Assembly: GCA_944387575.1 (NCBI GenBank)
Contig: CALXFK010000064.1
Coordinates: 20,689 to 84,688, forward strand
Source of the DNA: an uncultured Clostridia bacterium
GTDB lineage: Bacteria > Bacillota > Clostridia > Oscillospirales > JAAYOS01
Reading direction: 5' to 3'
DNA length: 64,000 nt
Numbering within the stretch: position 1 is the stretch's first letter; every line of letters starts with the position of its first letter. The notes below the pieces were generated by a model that saw only the letters and a list, made by a program, of their open reading frames with translations, was not told the origin of the DNA and did not search any database. Position numbers and translations under genes: made by a program. Positions 35,417 through 45,558 of the stretch are shown piece after piece.

Positions 35417-36751
35417 ATGATTCGCACCGATATTTCGGCAATTTACAATTTTGCGGACAGCGCGGCGGTCGCTGCAATGTCATCCGAGCTGCTCCGCGCG
35501 CATGAGACGCTCGAGCAGGGCAACGGTGAGGGCAGCGATTTTCTCGGATGGCTGCGTCTGCCCGAGAATTACGACCGCGAGGAGTTCGCCCGCATAAAGA
35601 AGGCGGCGGACAAGATAAAGTCGGACAGCAAGGCGCTTGTCGTCATCGGCATAGGCGGAAGCTACCTCGGCGCGCGCGCTGCGATAGAGTTCCTTCGTTC
35701 GCCCAACTATAACCTCAAGAAGAAGGATACTCCGGACATCTACTTCGCGGGAAACAACATAAGCGCCGCTGCTGTTGAGGAAATAATCGAGCTCATCGGC
35801 GACCGCGACTTCTCTATAAACATCATCTCCAAGTCTGGCACCACCACCGAGCCCGCGATAGCCTTCCGTGTCTTCAAGAACCTCATCGAAAAGAAGTACG
35901 GCAAGGAGGGTGCTCGCGGTCGCATATACGCGACCACCGATGCAAAGCGCGGTGCGCTCAAGGGTCTCGCGGTCGAGGAGGGGTACGAGCAGTTCGTAGT
36001 GCCGGATAACATCGGCGGGCGTTTCTCGGTTCTCACGGCAGTTGGGCTTCTGCCGATAGCGGTTGCGGGGATCGATATAGACGCACTGATGGCGGGTGCG
36101 CACGAGGCGATGACCAAGTTTGCCGAGAAGAATATTGACAACCCGGTCTGGCAGTATGCTGCCGCGCGCAACCTGCTCTACCGCAAGGGTTACACCACCG
36201 AAATACTTGCCTGCTATGAGCCGGCGTTTCGCTTTATGGCGGAGTGGTGGAAGCAGCTCTACGGCGAGAGCGAGGGCAAGGACGGAAAGGGAATCTTCCC
36301 CGCGTCGGTCGACTTCACCGCCGACCTGCACTCGATGGGTCAGTACATCCAGGAGGGTGAGCGCCGCCTGTTTGAGACGGTCGTGAAGATAGCAAATCCG
36401 CAGGGCAACGTTATTATCGAAGCGGACGAGGCGAATGTCGACGGGTTGAACTTCCTTGCCGGTCGCAGCCTGCATTTCGTCAATGAGCAGGCGCGCCGTG
36501 GAGTGGTGCTTGCGCATGTGGACGGCGGCGTGCCTAACATTCTCGTCGAGATGGATCGCGTCGACGAGCAGAACCTCGGAATGCTGATATACTTCTTCGA
36601 GCTCGCGTGCGGTATATCCGGGTATGTGCTCGGGGTCAACCCGTTCAACCAGCCGGGCGTTGAGGCGTACAAAAAGAACATGTTCGCGCTGCTCGGAAAA
36701 CCGGGATACGAGGAGCTCGGCAAGGAGCTTGCCGCACGGCTTGACAACTGA
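35417..36751 (+). CDS. pgi: Glucose-6-phosphate isomerase (Firmicutes short type)
   Basis: Motifs are [32 protein letters not shown] and ESEGK. The ATG at 35417 has a GGAGGAG RBS. Confidence 0.9.
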   Translation: MIRTDISAIYNFADSAAVAAMSSELLRAHETLEQGNGEGSDFLGWLRLPENYDREEFARIKKAADKIKSDSKALVVIGIGGSYLGARAAIEFLRSPNYNLKKKDTPDIYFAGNNISAAAVEEIIELIGDRDFSINIISKSGTTTEPAIAFRVFKNLIEKKYGKEGARGRIYATTDAKRGALKGLAVEEGYEQFVVPDNIGGRFSVLTAVGLLPIAVAGIDIDALMAGAHEAMTKFAEKNIDNPVWQYAAARNLLYRKGYTTEILACYEPAFRFMAEWWKQLYGESEGKDGKGIFPASVDFTADLHSMGQYIQEGERRLFETVVKIANPQGNVIIEADEANVDGLNFLAGRSLHFVNEQARRGVVLAHVDGGVPNILVEMDRVDEQNLGMLIYFFELACGISGYVLGVNPFNQPGVEAYKKNMFALLGKPGYEELGKELAARLDN

Positions 36752-36769
36752 TAATATTGTGTAAAACAA

Positions 36770-36803
36770 ATTTGGCTCCGGAAACCCCGGAGCCAAATGT
36801 TTT
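36770..36803 (+). terminator. Rho-independent terminator after pgi
   Basis: A 12-bp stem, atttggctccgg / ccggagccaaat, is followed by gTTTT. Confidence 0.75.
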
Positions 36804-36883
36804 AGAAACGGTAAACTTCAATTACAAAAAGTAATTTCGAAGAGTTATATTGCCGTTAGTTTTGGAAAAAGCGCGAAAAGGGT

Positions 36884-38026
36884 TCACGGCTTGAAGAGGG
36901 CGAGCCCGATGAGCTTGCTGAACACGTCGCCGAGGGTGAGTTTTTCCACCGCTTCGGCGGCTGTTATCGGCACGCGGAGGAGCTCGGTGTCGCCGGAACG
37001 TACTATCATTTCTCCGAGAACGTCTCCGGCGGCGACAGGCGCCTGCACGCTCTGGGCGAGGTTTACCTCGCGTTCGATGCCGTTCAGCGCGCTCTTCTCA
37101 ATGAGGATGGAGTTGCCTGAGAGTATCTCGGGCTGTACCCACTCGCCGCGCCCTCCGGTCACCGGGATCTGGGACAGCGCGCCCTCCGGCCAGACTTCGC
37201 AGAGAGTGTAGTTGGCAAAGCCGAAGTCGAGAAGTCCGCGCGCCGCGTCGAATCGCTCTGCGGAGGAGGACGAGCCGAGGACCACGCATATCAGTTCCAT
37301 GCCGTCCCGCTCGGCGGTGGCGGACAGGCAGTGCCCGGCGCGGCTCGTGAAGCCGGTTTTCAGACCGGTCATGCCGTCATAGGAACGGATGAGGCGGTTC
37401 GTGTTGGTGAGCTGGAAGGCGCCGTTGCGGACACTGTCCATCCATATGGTGGTGTAGTTGCGGATGTCGGGGTATTCGAGCAGCAGCGCGCGGCTCATCA
37501 GCGCGATGTCGTGCGCGGAGGTGACATGCCCGTCCACGTCCAGTCCGCATGCGTTGAGGAAATTGGTGTCCTGGCAGCCGAGGGCTGCGGCGCGCTCGTT
37601 CATGAGAGCCACAAAGGCGTCCTCGCTCCCGCTGAGGTATTCGGCGAGCGCGACTACGGCGTCGTTTGCCGAACCGAGCACGACCGATTTGAGCAGGTCC
37701 TCCACGCTCATTTTCTCGCCTGGTTCGAGGTATATCTGGCTTCCGCCCATCGAAGCGGCATGTTCCGAGCAGGTGACAATGTCGGTAAGCGATATGCGCC
37801 CGTCGTTCAGTGCTTCACATATCAGCAGAAGGCTCATCACCTTCGTGACCGATGCCGGGCTCAGCTTTTCGTGAGAATTCTGCTCGGAGAGTATGCGACC
37901 GGTGCTCTTTTCCATCAGGATAGCGCTCTTTGCCGCGACCTGCGGCGTGGTGACTGCGGCGGATGCCCGCGGCGAAAGCGAAAGCAATAGCGCGAGCGCC
38001 ATGGCAGCCAGTACGATTCTCTTCAT
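36884..38026 (-). CDS. D-alanyl-D-alanine carboxypeptidase (DacB/DacF-like S11)
   Basis: It has a signal peptide, the SxxK motif SVTKVMS, SAND and KTGFT motifs, and a C-terminal PBP5_C-like domain. Confidence 0.85.
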   Translation of the reverse strand: MKRIVLAAMALALLLSLSPRASAAVTTPQVAAKSAILMEKSTGRILSEQNSHEKLSPASVTKVMSLLLICEALNDGRISLTDIVTCSEHAASMGGSQIYLEPGEKMSVEDLLKSVVLGSANDAVVALAEYLSGSEDAFVALMNERAAALGCQDTNFLNACGLDVDGHVTSAHDIALMSRALLLEYPDIRNYTTIWMDSVRNGAFQLTNTNRLIRSYDGMTGLKTGFTSRAGHCLSATAERDGMELICVVLGSSSSAERFDAARGLLDFGFANYTLCEVWPEGALSQIPVTGGRGEWVQPEILSGNSILIEKSALNGIEREVNLAQSVQAPVAAGDVLGEMIVRSGDTELLRVPITAAEAVEKLTLGDVFSKLIGLALFKP

Positions 38027-38169
38027 TTTTTCAGTCCTTTCCTGCCCATTTCCGGGCGCAGCTTTTGTGAAAAGGGTGTGTAGCGGAGGCAGATTTTATA
38101 CCGCGGGGATGGAACCGAGAACCGGTTTTTTACGTCTCATTTAAAGAGTAACTATGGAGATTCGGATTT

Positions 38170-39447
38170 ATGCGAGTGGCATTTTTGACACTGGGATGCA
38201 AGGTAAATCAGTATGAGAGTGAGGCGATGCGCCGTCTTGCTGAGAGCGCGGGACATGTGGCGGTGAGCCTCGAACAGGGTGCGGATGCGGTAGTCATAAA
38301 CACCTGCGCCGTGACCGGAGAGAGCGCGCGCAAGAGCCGTCAGGCGATACGGCGCGCAAGGAGGCTCTGTCCGGATGCGAAGCTGGTCGTATGTGGGTGC
38401 GCTGCTCAGGCGGATGCGGACGCGGTGCGAGCTCTCGGCGCGGACTATGTAGGCGGCGCCGGGGAGCGCAGACAGGTTGTGGAGTACCTCAACGGTCTTA
38501 CCCAGCCCTCTCTTGCTCCATCCTCGCCCGCGGGGAGGCACAGCTTTGAGGAGCTGCCCGCCGGCGGGTACGAGGGTCATGCGCGCGCCTACCTCAAGGT
38601 GCAGGACGGCTGCGCAAACTTCTGCTCATACTGTATCATACCATATCTGCGCGGCGCGCCGCGTTCGCTTGCGCCCGAACGGGCGGCGCAGCTCGCGGGC
38701 GAGCTCGCGGGCGGTGGGTATCGCGAGATAGTCCTCACCGGCATAGAGCTGTCAAGCTACGGTGTGGATAACGGTTCCTCGCTCGGCGAACTGGTGGAGC
38801 GGGTGGCGGAAGCCACAGCCGCGAACGGCGGCGCCCGGATACGGCTCGGGTCGCTCGAACCGTCCACGGTGGACGAGCAGCTCGTGGAGCGGCTTGCGGG
38901 CACCGGGGCGGTCTGCCCGCACTTCCATCTGTCGCTGCAGAGCGGGAGTGCCGGTGTACTTAAAAGGATGCGCCGGAAGTACACTCCGGAACAGTTCGTG
39001 GAGGTGGTGCAGCGGCTGCGGGAGCGGTTCGACAACCCGGCGATAACCACCGACATAATTATGGGGTTTCCTGGCGAGACTGACGACGAGCTGCGGGAGA
39101 CGCTTGAATTTGTGGAGCGGGTACAGCTCGCGGCGGCGCATGTGTTCCCGTACTCGTCCAGAGAGGGTACGCTTGCGGCTTCTATGCCGGGACAGATACC
39201 GCGCGCAGAGAAGGAACACCGCGCGCACCTTGTGGCGGACGCCGCGGCGAGGACCCGCGCCGCATATCTTTCGCAGCAGGTAGGACGCACCCTCGAACTG
39301 CTTGCGGAGACCGAGACTGCGGGTCACACCGAGAACTACTGTCCGCTTGAGCTTGAACCGGAGAGCGGCGTCGCTGAGCGCGGGTCGCTTGTCCGAGTGC
39401 GGGTGACCGCGGCGGGTAACGGTATCATCAGGGGTATAAAGGCGTGA
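38170..39447 (+). CDS. mtaB: tRNA t6A37 methylthiotransferase
   Basis: The N-terminus reads MRVAFLTLGCKVNQYESEAM. The radical-SAM motif is CANFCSYC, and a TRAM-like C-terminus follows. Confidence 0.85.
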   Translation: MRVAFLTLGCKVNQYESEAMRRLAESAGHVAVSLEQGADAVVINTCAVTGESARKSRQAIRRARRLCPDAKLVVCGCAAQADADAVRALGADYVGGAGERRQVVEYLNGLTQPSLAPSSPAGRHSFEELPAGGYEGHARAYLKVQDGCANFCSYCIIPYLRGAPRSLAPERAAQLAGELAGGGYREIVLTGIELSSYGVDNGSSLGELVERVAEATAANGGARIRLGSLEPSTVDEQLVERLAGTGAVCPHFHLSLQSGSAGVLKRMRRKYTPEQFVEVVQRLRERFDNPAITTDIIMGFPGETDDELRETLEFVERVQLAAAHVFPYSSREGTLAASMPGQIPRAEKEHRAHLVADAAARTRAAYLSQQVGRTLELLAETETAGHTENYCPLELEPESGVAERGSLVRVRVTAAGNGIIRGIKA

Positions 39448-39749
39448 CTGCGGCAGACTTTTTTGCGGCGGCGCTCGCGTCGTGGAACCTTGTGGCGCTG
39501 CTCACCGTTGTATTCGACAAGCGGACCGCGGTGCATAACGGCGAGAAGGGTGTGGGTCACAGGCGGAGACGGAGAGTACCGGAGCGACAATTTCTCATAT
39601 ACGCCGCGACACTCGGTGGGGCGGGCGTGCTCGTCGGATTTTATTCGGCACGGCACAAGACGCTGCACCGGGGGCTGCTCGCGGGGGTCTGGTGCCTAAC
39701 ACTGCTGAGCTATGCCGCGTGTGCGCTGCTTTGGGTATTCGTTTTTTAG
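39444..39749 (+). CDS. DUF1294 family membrane protein
   Basis: Sequence includes FDKRTAVHNGEK...RRVPERQFLIYAATLGGAGVLVGFYSARHKTLH. There is a GTGA overlap with mtaB. Confidence 0.7.
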   Translation: MTAADFFAAALASWNLVALLTVVFDKRTAVHNGEKGVGHRRRRRVPERQFLIYAATLGGAGVLVGFYSARHKTLHRGLLAGVWCLTLLSYAACALLWVFVF

Positions 39750-39832
39750 TATAGGTTATTGAACGGACGAGATATATGGCGTATAATATAACAAAACAGG
39801 CAAGAACTGGTCGCTCAGGGGGTGACGGTCGA

Positions 39833-41842
39833 ATGCGCAGAACGCTGTCGTTTTTCCTTGTGTTCGCAATTGTTATCTCGGCGTCGTTTTTCGACGCGAC
39901 TGTCTGCTCCGCGCAGGGCTCAGAGTATACCGGTGCGGAGGTTTCCGGGCTGTACGCGGGTAAGTACCACTCGATGCTGCTCACCACGAACGGTGAGCTG
40001 TGGGTGTGGGGGGATAACCGCTATGGGCAGCTCGGTCTCGGCGACACTACAAACCGCACTACACCTCAGCTTCTGTTGCGCGATGTCATCGCGGCGGCGG
40101 CTGGGGGCTGGTCGAACTATGCCATAACTTCGGATGGGACGCTCTGGGCGTGGGGCAACAACGAGCAGGGTCAGCTCGGACTTGGGGACAACGTTAACCG
40201 CAGTTCTCCGGTCGAGGTGGCGGGCGGGGCGGTGCAGGTGGCTGCCGCGCTGAATTACGCATATATGTTGGATAAGGACGGCGTGCTCTGGGCGTGGGGA
40301 AACTCGTCATATACATACCCGGACGGAAGCCGACTGAGTTCCGAGCCGCGTGCTGTGGCACAAGAGGTGGACCGGGTCGTTTGCGGCGGGTCGACCACGC
40401 TTATTTTCAGGGGCAGTTCGCTGAGCGGATGGGGCGGCGGAGTGTCCGGGAGCATATCGGAGGACCGTGAGCTCACCGAGACAGCAATCGCTTCCCGTGT
40501 CAGTTCGGCGGCAGCTTCGAGCACCACCGTTGTGTATGTAGATGCGGATGGCTCGCTCTGGCAGGTAAAACCGTCGGTCAAGCAAAAGCTCCAGGGCAGC
40601 ATGTCGGAGGTCTACGCAAGCGAGACACACTTCCTCGCGCTCGACAGGAGCGGTGGGCTCTGGGCGTGGGGCACGAATTCGTACGGAGAGCTCGGTACCG
40701 GGGATGTAACGGACCGTTCACGTCCTGTGCAGGTGCTGTCCGGAGTCAAGCTCGCGGCAGCGGGGTCCGGGTTTTCACTTGCGACCAAGAGCGGCGGCGG
40801 GATCTGGGCGTGGGGGGACAACACCTACGGGCAGATAGCCGGCGGCGATAACCGGTACTCGTACAACTTCCCGCATGTCGCGCTCAGCGGCTCTCGCGAG
40901 CTTGAGCAGGCGGCGCAGGGGGAATATCACATAATACTTAACGGGGAACTCGTGAAGTTTGACGTGCAGCCGATAAACCGGAACGGGCGGCTGATAGCTC
41001 CGCTGCGCGCGGTATTTGAAAAATACGGCTCGGTGAGCTGGAACGCCGCGACAAAGACGGTCACGGCGGTGCATGGGACCGCGACCGTAGAGCTGAAGAT
41101 AGGAAGTTCAGTCGCGAAGGTGAATGGAATAGAGGTCAGTCTGGATACTCCTGCGGAGATAGTCTCGGGGCGTACGATGATCCCGCTGCGATTTCTGAGT
41201 GAGACGCTCGGAGCGGTGGTGACTTACGACCCGAGCGAGCGGACGGCGGACATTGCCGCAACCGAGCAGAGCATAGACCTCACCGCGGCACTGCGGGAGA
41301 AGCTCGTCGCCTCGAATGTAAGGCTCACAGTCGAGCTCGAGGAGGGTGGGACCGGCACCGCGAGTGGCATAGTGATAAACAGCGGAGGGCTGATACTCAC
41401 GAACAGACACGTCGTTGAGAATGCAAAGTCGATAAAAATAACTGCCTCCGACGGAAGCTCGAGCAAGGTCTGGGAGATATTCTATGTCGACCCGGACATG
41501 GACTACGCAATAGTTAAGACCGACCTGAAGCTCCCGGCAGCAGCCGAGATAGGGCGTTCCGGTGCGCTGCGGATAGGAGACAAGGTAGTCGTGTGCGGAA
41601 ATACCGACACGGGGAGCAGCGTCGTTCGCACTGGCACGATAAGCAGCTTCGGATATGCGTACGGTGGCTCTTTCGTGTGCTCGGTGCAGGCGACGCAGGG
41701 TCTCAGCGGCGGTGGCGTATATTCGGCAAGTGGGCTTGTCGGGGTCGTGTGGGGCGGCGTGGACGGAAAGACGGTCGCCATACCGATATCTAGCATAGTC
41801 GGGAAGATAGAGAGCGCGGTTGATCACTACGGGTTAAAATAG
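39833..41842 (+). CDS. Secreted multidomain protein: RCC1-like repeats, a copper-amine-oxidase-N-terminal-like domain and a trypsin-like serine protease
   Basis: The signal/TM segment is RRTLSFFLVFAIVISASFF. There are at least 5 RCC1-type repeats (WGDNRYGQLGLGD, WGNNEQGQLGLGD, WGTNSYGELGTGD, WGDNTYGQIAGGD). The stalk domain reads NGRLIAPLRAVFEKYG...GRTMIPLRFLSETLG. The protease triad context is TNRHVV, DYAIVK and GLSGGG. The start is the ATG at 39833 or the track start at 39776. Confidence 0.75.
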   Translation: MRRTLSFFLVFAIVISASFFDATVCSAQGSEYTGAEVSGLYAGKYHSMLLTTNGELWVWGDNRYGQLGLGDTTNRTTPQLLLRDVIAAAAGGWSNYAITSDGTLWAWGNNEQGQLGLGDNVNRSSPVEVAGGAVQVAAALNYAYMLDKDGVLWAWGNSSYTYPDGSRLSSEPRAVAQEVDRVVCGGSTTLIFRGSSLSGWGGGVSGSISEDRELTETAIASRVSSAAASSTTVVYVDADGSLWQVKPSVKQKLQGSMSEVYASETHFLALDRSGGLWAWGTNSYGELGTGDVTDRSRPVQVLSGVKLAAAGSGFSLATKSGGGIWAWGDNTYGQIAGGDNRYSYNFPHVALSGSRELEQAAQGEYHIILNGELVKFDVQPINRNGRLIAPLRAVFEKYGSVSWNAATKTVTAVHGTATVELKIGSSVAKVNGIEVSLDTPAEIVSGRTMIPLRFLSETLGAVVTYDPSERTADIAATEQSIDLTAALREKLVASNVRLTVELEEGGTGTASGIVINSGGLILTNRHVVENAKSIKITASDGSSSKVWEIFYVDPDMDYAIVKTDLKLPAAAEIGRSGALRIGDKVVVCGNTDTGSSVVRTGTISSFGYAYGGSFVCSVQATQGLSGGGVYSASGLVGVVWGGVDGKTVAIPISSIVGKIESAVDHYGLK

Positions 41843-41867
41843 AAACAAACGAATCGGGGGTAGAGGT

Positions 41868-42749
41868 ATGAGCAAAGGGAAGTCGCTGTTGTTTGCGGTG
41901 CTGTTTCCGGTCGTATATCTGATGGTCCAGAGCACGGTAAGCGGGATCTTCGGAGTTGTGCTCGGGGCTATCGAGGGAGTGAGGACTGCGGTGTCCGGCG
42001 GTGACGTGCAGGATATGAGCACAAACCTCGCCTGGCAGATAGCGCAGATGTCCTCTATCATAACGGGGGTCGCCGGACTTGTGGCCATGCTCGTTGCGGT
42101 GCTCTGGCTGAAGGCGGAGCGGCTAAAGATTTCAGAGGAGTTTGGACTGAAACAGGTTGACGGCGTTGCGGTTCTGCTCTGCCTGCTGCTCGGACTCGCG
42201 GCGAACTTCCTGATAAGCGGGCTTATGATGCTCGTGCCGCTGCCGGAGGACCTTGTAAACCAGTATAACGACCTTGTCGGGCAGTCGCTTGTGACCGGCA
42301 ACCCGATCGTGACGGTGATCGTCATCGGAGTGCTCGTGCCGGTGGTCGAGGAAGTGGTTTTCCGCGGCATGACGATGGGTACGCTGAGAAAGGGCTTTGG
42401 AGCCGGTTGGGCGGTAGTGGGTTCCTCGCTGATCTTTGCAATCGCGCACATCATTCCGCTGCAAATTGCATTTGTGCTTCCGGTGGCGTTTATAATAGGT
42501 TTTGCATACCTCTGGAGCAGGAGCCTGTACGGTGCGATAGCGGTACACATTGGATTCAACATCGTGAGCGCTATATCCAGTGCCTTTGTTGGCGAGGAGT
42601 CGCTTGAAGGAACCGCATCGTCGTCGGCTCCTGCACTTCAGGTTGCGCTCATGGTCATAGTGGGCGGAGGGATATGCGCGGCGTGCCTTGTTGGACTGTG
42701 GATGAGGTCGCGGGCTGCGAAAGCGAGGGAACTGAATGCAGAAACCTAA
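41868..42749 (+). CDS. CPBP family intramembrane glutamic endopeptidase (CAAX protease-like)
   Basis: Motif 1 is EEVVFRG, motif 2 is FAIAH and motif 3 is AIAVHIGFN. It is a polytopic membrane protein. Confidence 0.8.
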   Translation: MSKGKSLLFAVLFPVVYLMVQSTVSGIFGVVLGAIEGVRTAVSGGDVQDMSTNLAWQIAQMSSIITGVAGLVAMLVAVLWLKAERLKISEEFGLKQVDGVAVLLCLLLGLAANFLISGLMMLVPLPEDLVNQYNDLVGQSLVTGNPIVTVIVIGVLVPVVEEVVFRGMTMGTLRKGFGAGWAVVGSSLIFAIAHIIPLQIAFVLPVAFIIGFAYLWSRSLYGAIAVHIGFNIVSAISSAFVGEESLEGTASSSAPALQVALMVIVGGGICAACLVGLWMRSRAAKARELNAET

Positions 42750-43461
42750 GGGAGAGCACGACGGACACCGCGAACGTCTGCGACAGCGGTTTCTAAAGGA
42801 GGGTTTGGACGGTTTCGCGCCGCACGAGGTGGTGGAGATGATTTTGTTCTACGCGATACCGCGGCAGAACACGAACGTCCTCGCGCACAAGCTGATCGAC
42901 CGCTTTGGGAGCCTCTCGTCGCTGCTCGATGCGCCGTATGCCGAACTTCTCGAAGTGAAGGGCATCGGTGAGAATGCCGCAACCTTGCTGAAACTGCTGC
43001 CCGAGCTCTGCCGTCGTTACACAAGCGAGCGCGCCTCGGTGGAGCAGATAATAAATTCCGCGGAGAGTGCGGGAAGACTGCTGGTACCGCGTTTTCACGG
43101 TCTTTCGCGTGAGACGGTGATGATGTTGTGCCTCGACGCAAAGGGTAAGGCGCTCGGGATAGCTACCCTCGCGGAGGGTGATGTGCGCGCGGCTCAGGTC
43201 GGAATAAGACAGGGAGTCGGGGTCGCGCTGAGCTTCAATGCAAGCGCGGTAGTGCTCGCGCACAATCACACGAGTGGCATAGCGGTGCCATCCTACGAGG
43301 ACGTGTCGATGACTATGCGGTTGCGGGAGGCGCTTGCGGTAGTGGATGTGGTGCTGGTCGACCATATTGTTGTCGCGGAGGGCGACTTCGTGTCGCTTGC
43401 GGAGAGCGGATTGATACGTGACGACGCCAACAGACTGGTGGGCTGGAGCAGGTATTTTTGA
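42736..43461 (+). CDS. radC: RadC-family JAB/MPN-domain protein
   Basis: Sequence includes GHRERLRQRFLKEGLDGF, a HhH region (LLEVKGIGENAA) and the JAMM motif AHNHTSG. Confidence 0.85.
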   Translation: MQKPKGEHDGHRERLRQRFLKEGLDGFAPHEVVEMILFYAIPRQNTNVLAHKLIDRFGSLSSLLDAPYAELLEVKGIGENAATLLKLLPELCRRYTSERASVEQIINSAESAGRLLVPRFHGLSRETVMMLCLDAKGKALGIATLAEGDVRAAQVGIRQGVGVALSFNASAVVLAHNHTSGIAVPSYEDVSMTMRLREALAVVDVVLVDHIVVAEGDFVSLAESGLIRDDANRLVGWSRYF

Positions 43462-43483
43462 GTAAAGGCAACGGAGGAAGGAC

Positions 43484-44440
43484 ATGGGAGTTACATGCTC
43501 GGTAATAGTCCCGGTTTACAACGAGGCGGAGGTTCTCGAACAGAGCTACGGTCGCTTGCGCACGGTAATGGAGGGGATTGGCGGGAGCTATGAGCTGATA
43601 TTTGTAAACGACGGGAGCGCAGATGGCTCGACCGGGATACTGCGCGGTATCTGCGCCGCCGACCCGCACTGCCGCGCCATCTTCTTCTCGCGGAATTTCG
43701 GTCACCAAACGGCTGTCACCGCCGGGATAGACGCGGCTTGCGGAGATGCCGTCGTCATAATAGACGCCGATCTCCAGGATCCGCCCGAGCTGATACCGGT
43801 CATGCTTGAACAGTGGCGCGCCGGGAAAAAGGTCGTGTACGGAAAACGGATAGAGCGGAAGGGTGAGACTGCGTTCAAAAAGCTCACCGCGAGCGTCTTT
43901 TATCGGGTGCTCGCGTCACTGTCCGAGACCGAGATACCGACAGACGCGGGCGACTTCCGGCTGATAGACCGTGAGATATGCGAACTGCTCCGCAATATGC
44001 CGGAGCACAACCGCTATCTGCGCGGAATGATTGCATGGGTCGGATTTGAACAGGCGGCTGTGGAGTATGTCCGGGATGAACGCGCCGCCGGCGTCACAAA
44101 ATACACGCTAAAAAAGATGCTCCGTCTTGCGGAGGACGGACTTGTCTCATTCTCGTCAAAGCCGCTGCGCTTCGCCCTCGGTTCGGGGGTGGTCGTATGC
44201 GCGGTGAGTGCTGCCGCGGCACTGCTAACCCTGATACTCAACCTGGCGGGAGTTACCGAAGTGTCAGGGCTGTACTTCCTCGGCTGGGCATTGATGTTTG
44301 TGGTCGGGCTGACACAGATATTCCTGGGCATTGTCGGCATGTACATCTCAAGGATATGTGACGAAGTGCGTGGTCGCCCGCGCTACATCGCGTCCGAACG
44401 GATAGGTTTCGGAGAAGCTGGAAAAGATGGAGAGGAATAG
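43484..44440 (+). CDS. Family-2 glycosyltransferase (polyisoprenyl-phosphate glycosyltransferase, GtrB/CsbB-like) with 2 C-terminal TM segments
   Basis: Motifs are SVIVPVYNE, FVNDGSADGS, IIDADLQDPPE and DFRL. Confidence 0.85.
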   Translation: MGVTCSVIVPVYNEAEVLEQSYGRLRTVMEGIGGSYELIFVNDGSADGSTGILRGICAADPHCRAIFFSRNFGHQTAVTAGIDAACGDAVVIIDADLQDPPELIPVMLEQWRAGKKVVYGKRIERKGETAFKKLTASVFYRVLASLSETEIPTDAGDFRLIDREICELLRNMPEHNRYLRGMIAWVGFEQAAVEYVRDERAAGVTKYTLKKMLRLAEDGLVSFSSKPLRFALGSGVVVCAVSAAAALLTLILNLAGVTEVSGLYFLGWALMFVVGLTQIFLGIVGMYISRICDEVRGRPRYIASERIGFGEAGKDGEE

Positions 44441-44622
44441 CCCTGCCTCCCCCCAAATTATAAACTTTTAAATATCTCTTGCGCAGAAAGCTGCGTACAT
44501 GGTATAATAATGATTCGGAAATGCTGTCACCCGGGGCGCACGCCATGCGGTATTCACTTTCGGCTGGCGTCGCCGTTATATAGGTAGAATGAGCCCGTCT
44601 CGGGCAGGAGGAACACGGAAAA

Positions 44623-45444
44623 ATGGCCGGAAAACCGAAAAGAAAGATCACTAACCTTCGTAGTGCAACTGAAAATAAAGCCGCAGAGGAATATGCGACC
44701 AATAAAATACTTGCCGTATTCATGCTCACCTTTGTGATACTGTTTGTGCTGGTTATTGCGTACCGTGGATACTCACGTGTTGGAAGCTATCTTACGAGCT
44801 ACTATGCGTCGTGGGTAGTGTTCTGGGTGTCGGCGGCTGCGACGGTGGTGCTCGGGCTGGTAGCTCTTTTGCGCCGTGAGAAGGAGGCGGGAGTACAGAA
44901 GATATTCACGCCGGCGCATCTCTGTTTTGCGTGCGCGATGCTGACGGTGGCGTCGTTTGCGAGTGCGCGTTTTGGAACTGATGGTATAAAGGTGATGTAT
45001 GCGGCGGTGCCGGCGGTGTCGGTACTTGTGCTCATAACGATGATATATCCGCGCGACTTCTTCTTTATTGCACTTGTGAGCGGGTGCGGAATACTTGCGA
45101 TGTATATCTACTACCGGCATATATCCGAGCTTCTCGTGTGGCAGCGGGACTTTTCGGCTAGGTCGTTTGGGGCGACGGTGTTCATACTTGCTTGTGTGGC
45201 GGCGTGGACAGTGCTTCTTGGCGTGCTTCGCCGCAACGGAGGTGTGCTCAGCATACGCGGCAGGGAGTTTGAACTCTACCCGAAAAACGCGCAATGGGTG
45301 TTCAGCTATTTGACGGCGGGGGTAGTCGCGCTGTGCTGCATTGCGGCGTATGTTCTCGGTTCGGTCGCGGCGTATTACATGATGTTTTTGCTGCTCGCCT
45401 ACCTCTTTGCGATGGCGGTGGCATACACTGTCAAGATACTCTGA
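44623..45444 (+). CDS. Polytopic membrane protein, function unknown
   Basis: A 273-aa ORF with a basic N-terminus (MAGKPKRKITNLR) followed by about 7 hydrophobic segments. The promoter is TTGCGC, an ~18-bp spacer, then TGgTATAAT, located upstream at about 44480..44510. Confidence 0.5.
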   Translation: MAGKPKRKITNLRSATENKAAEEYATNKILAVFMLTFVILFVLVIAYRGYSRVGSYLTSYYASWVVFWVSAAATVVLGLVALLRREKEAGVQKIFTPAHLCFACAMLTVASFASARFGTDGIKVMYAAVPAVSVLVLITMIYPRDFFFIALVSGCGILAMYIYYRHISELLVWQRDFSARSFGATVFILACVAAWTVLLGVLRRNGGVLSIRGREFELYPKNAQWVFSYLTAGVVALCCIAAYVLGSVAAYYMMFLLLAYLFAMAVAYTVKIL

Positions 45445-45558
45445 GAATGCGGTTGCGGCGTGTCCAGAAACGGGGCGTTTCGGGCACGCCGCGCTGTTGT
45501 ATTAGAGCTGCTCAAACCAATCGACCAATTGAAACTATTGAGAGGAAAGGAGCTGCAA

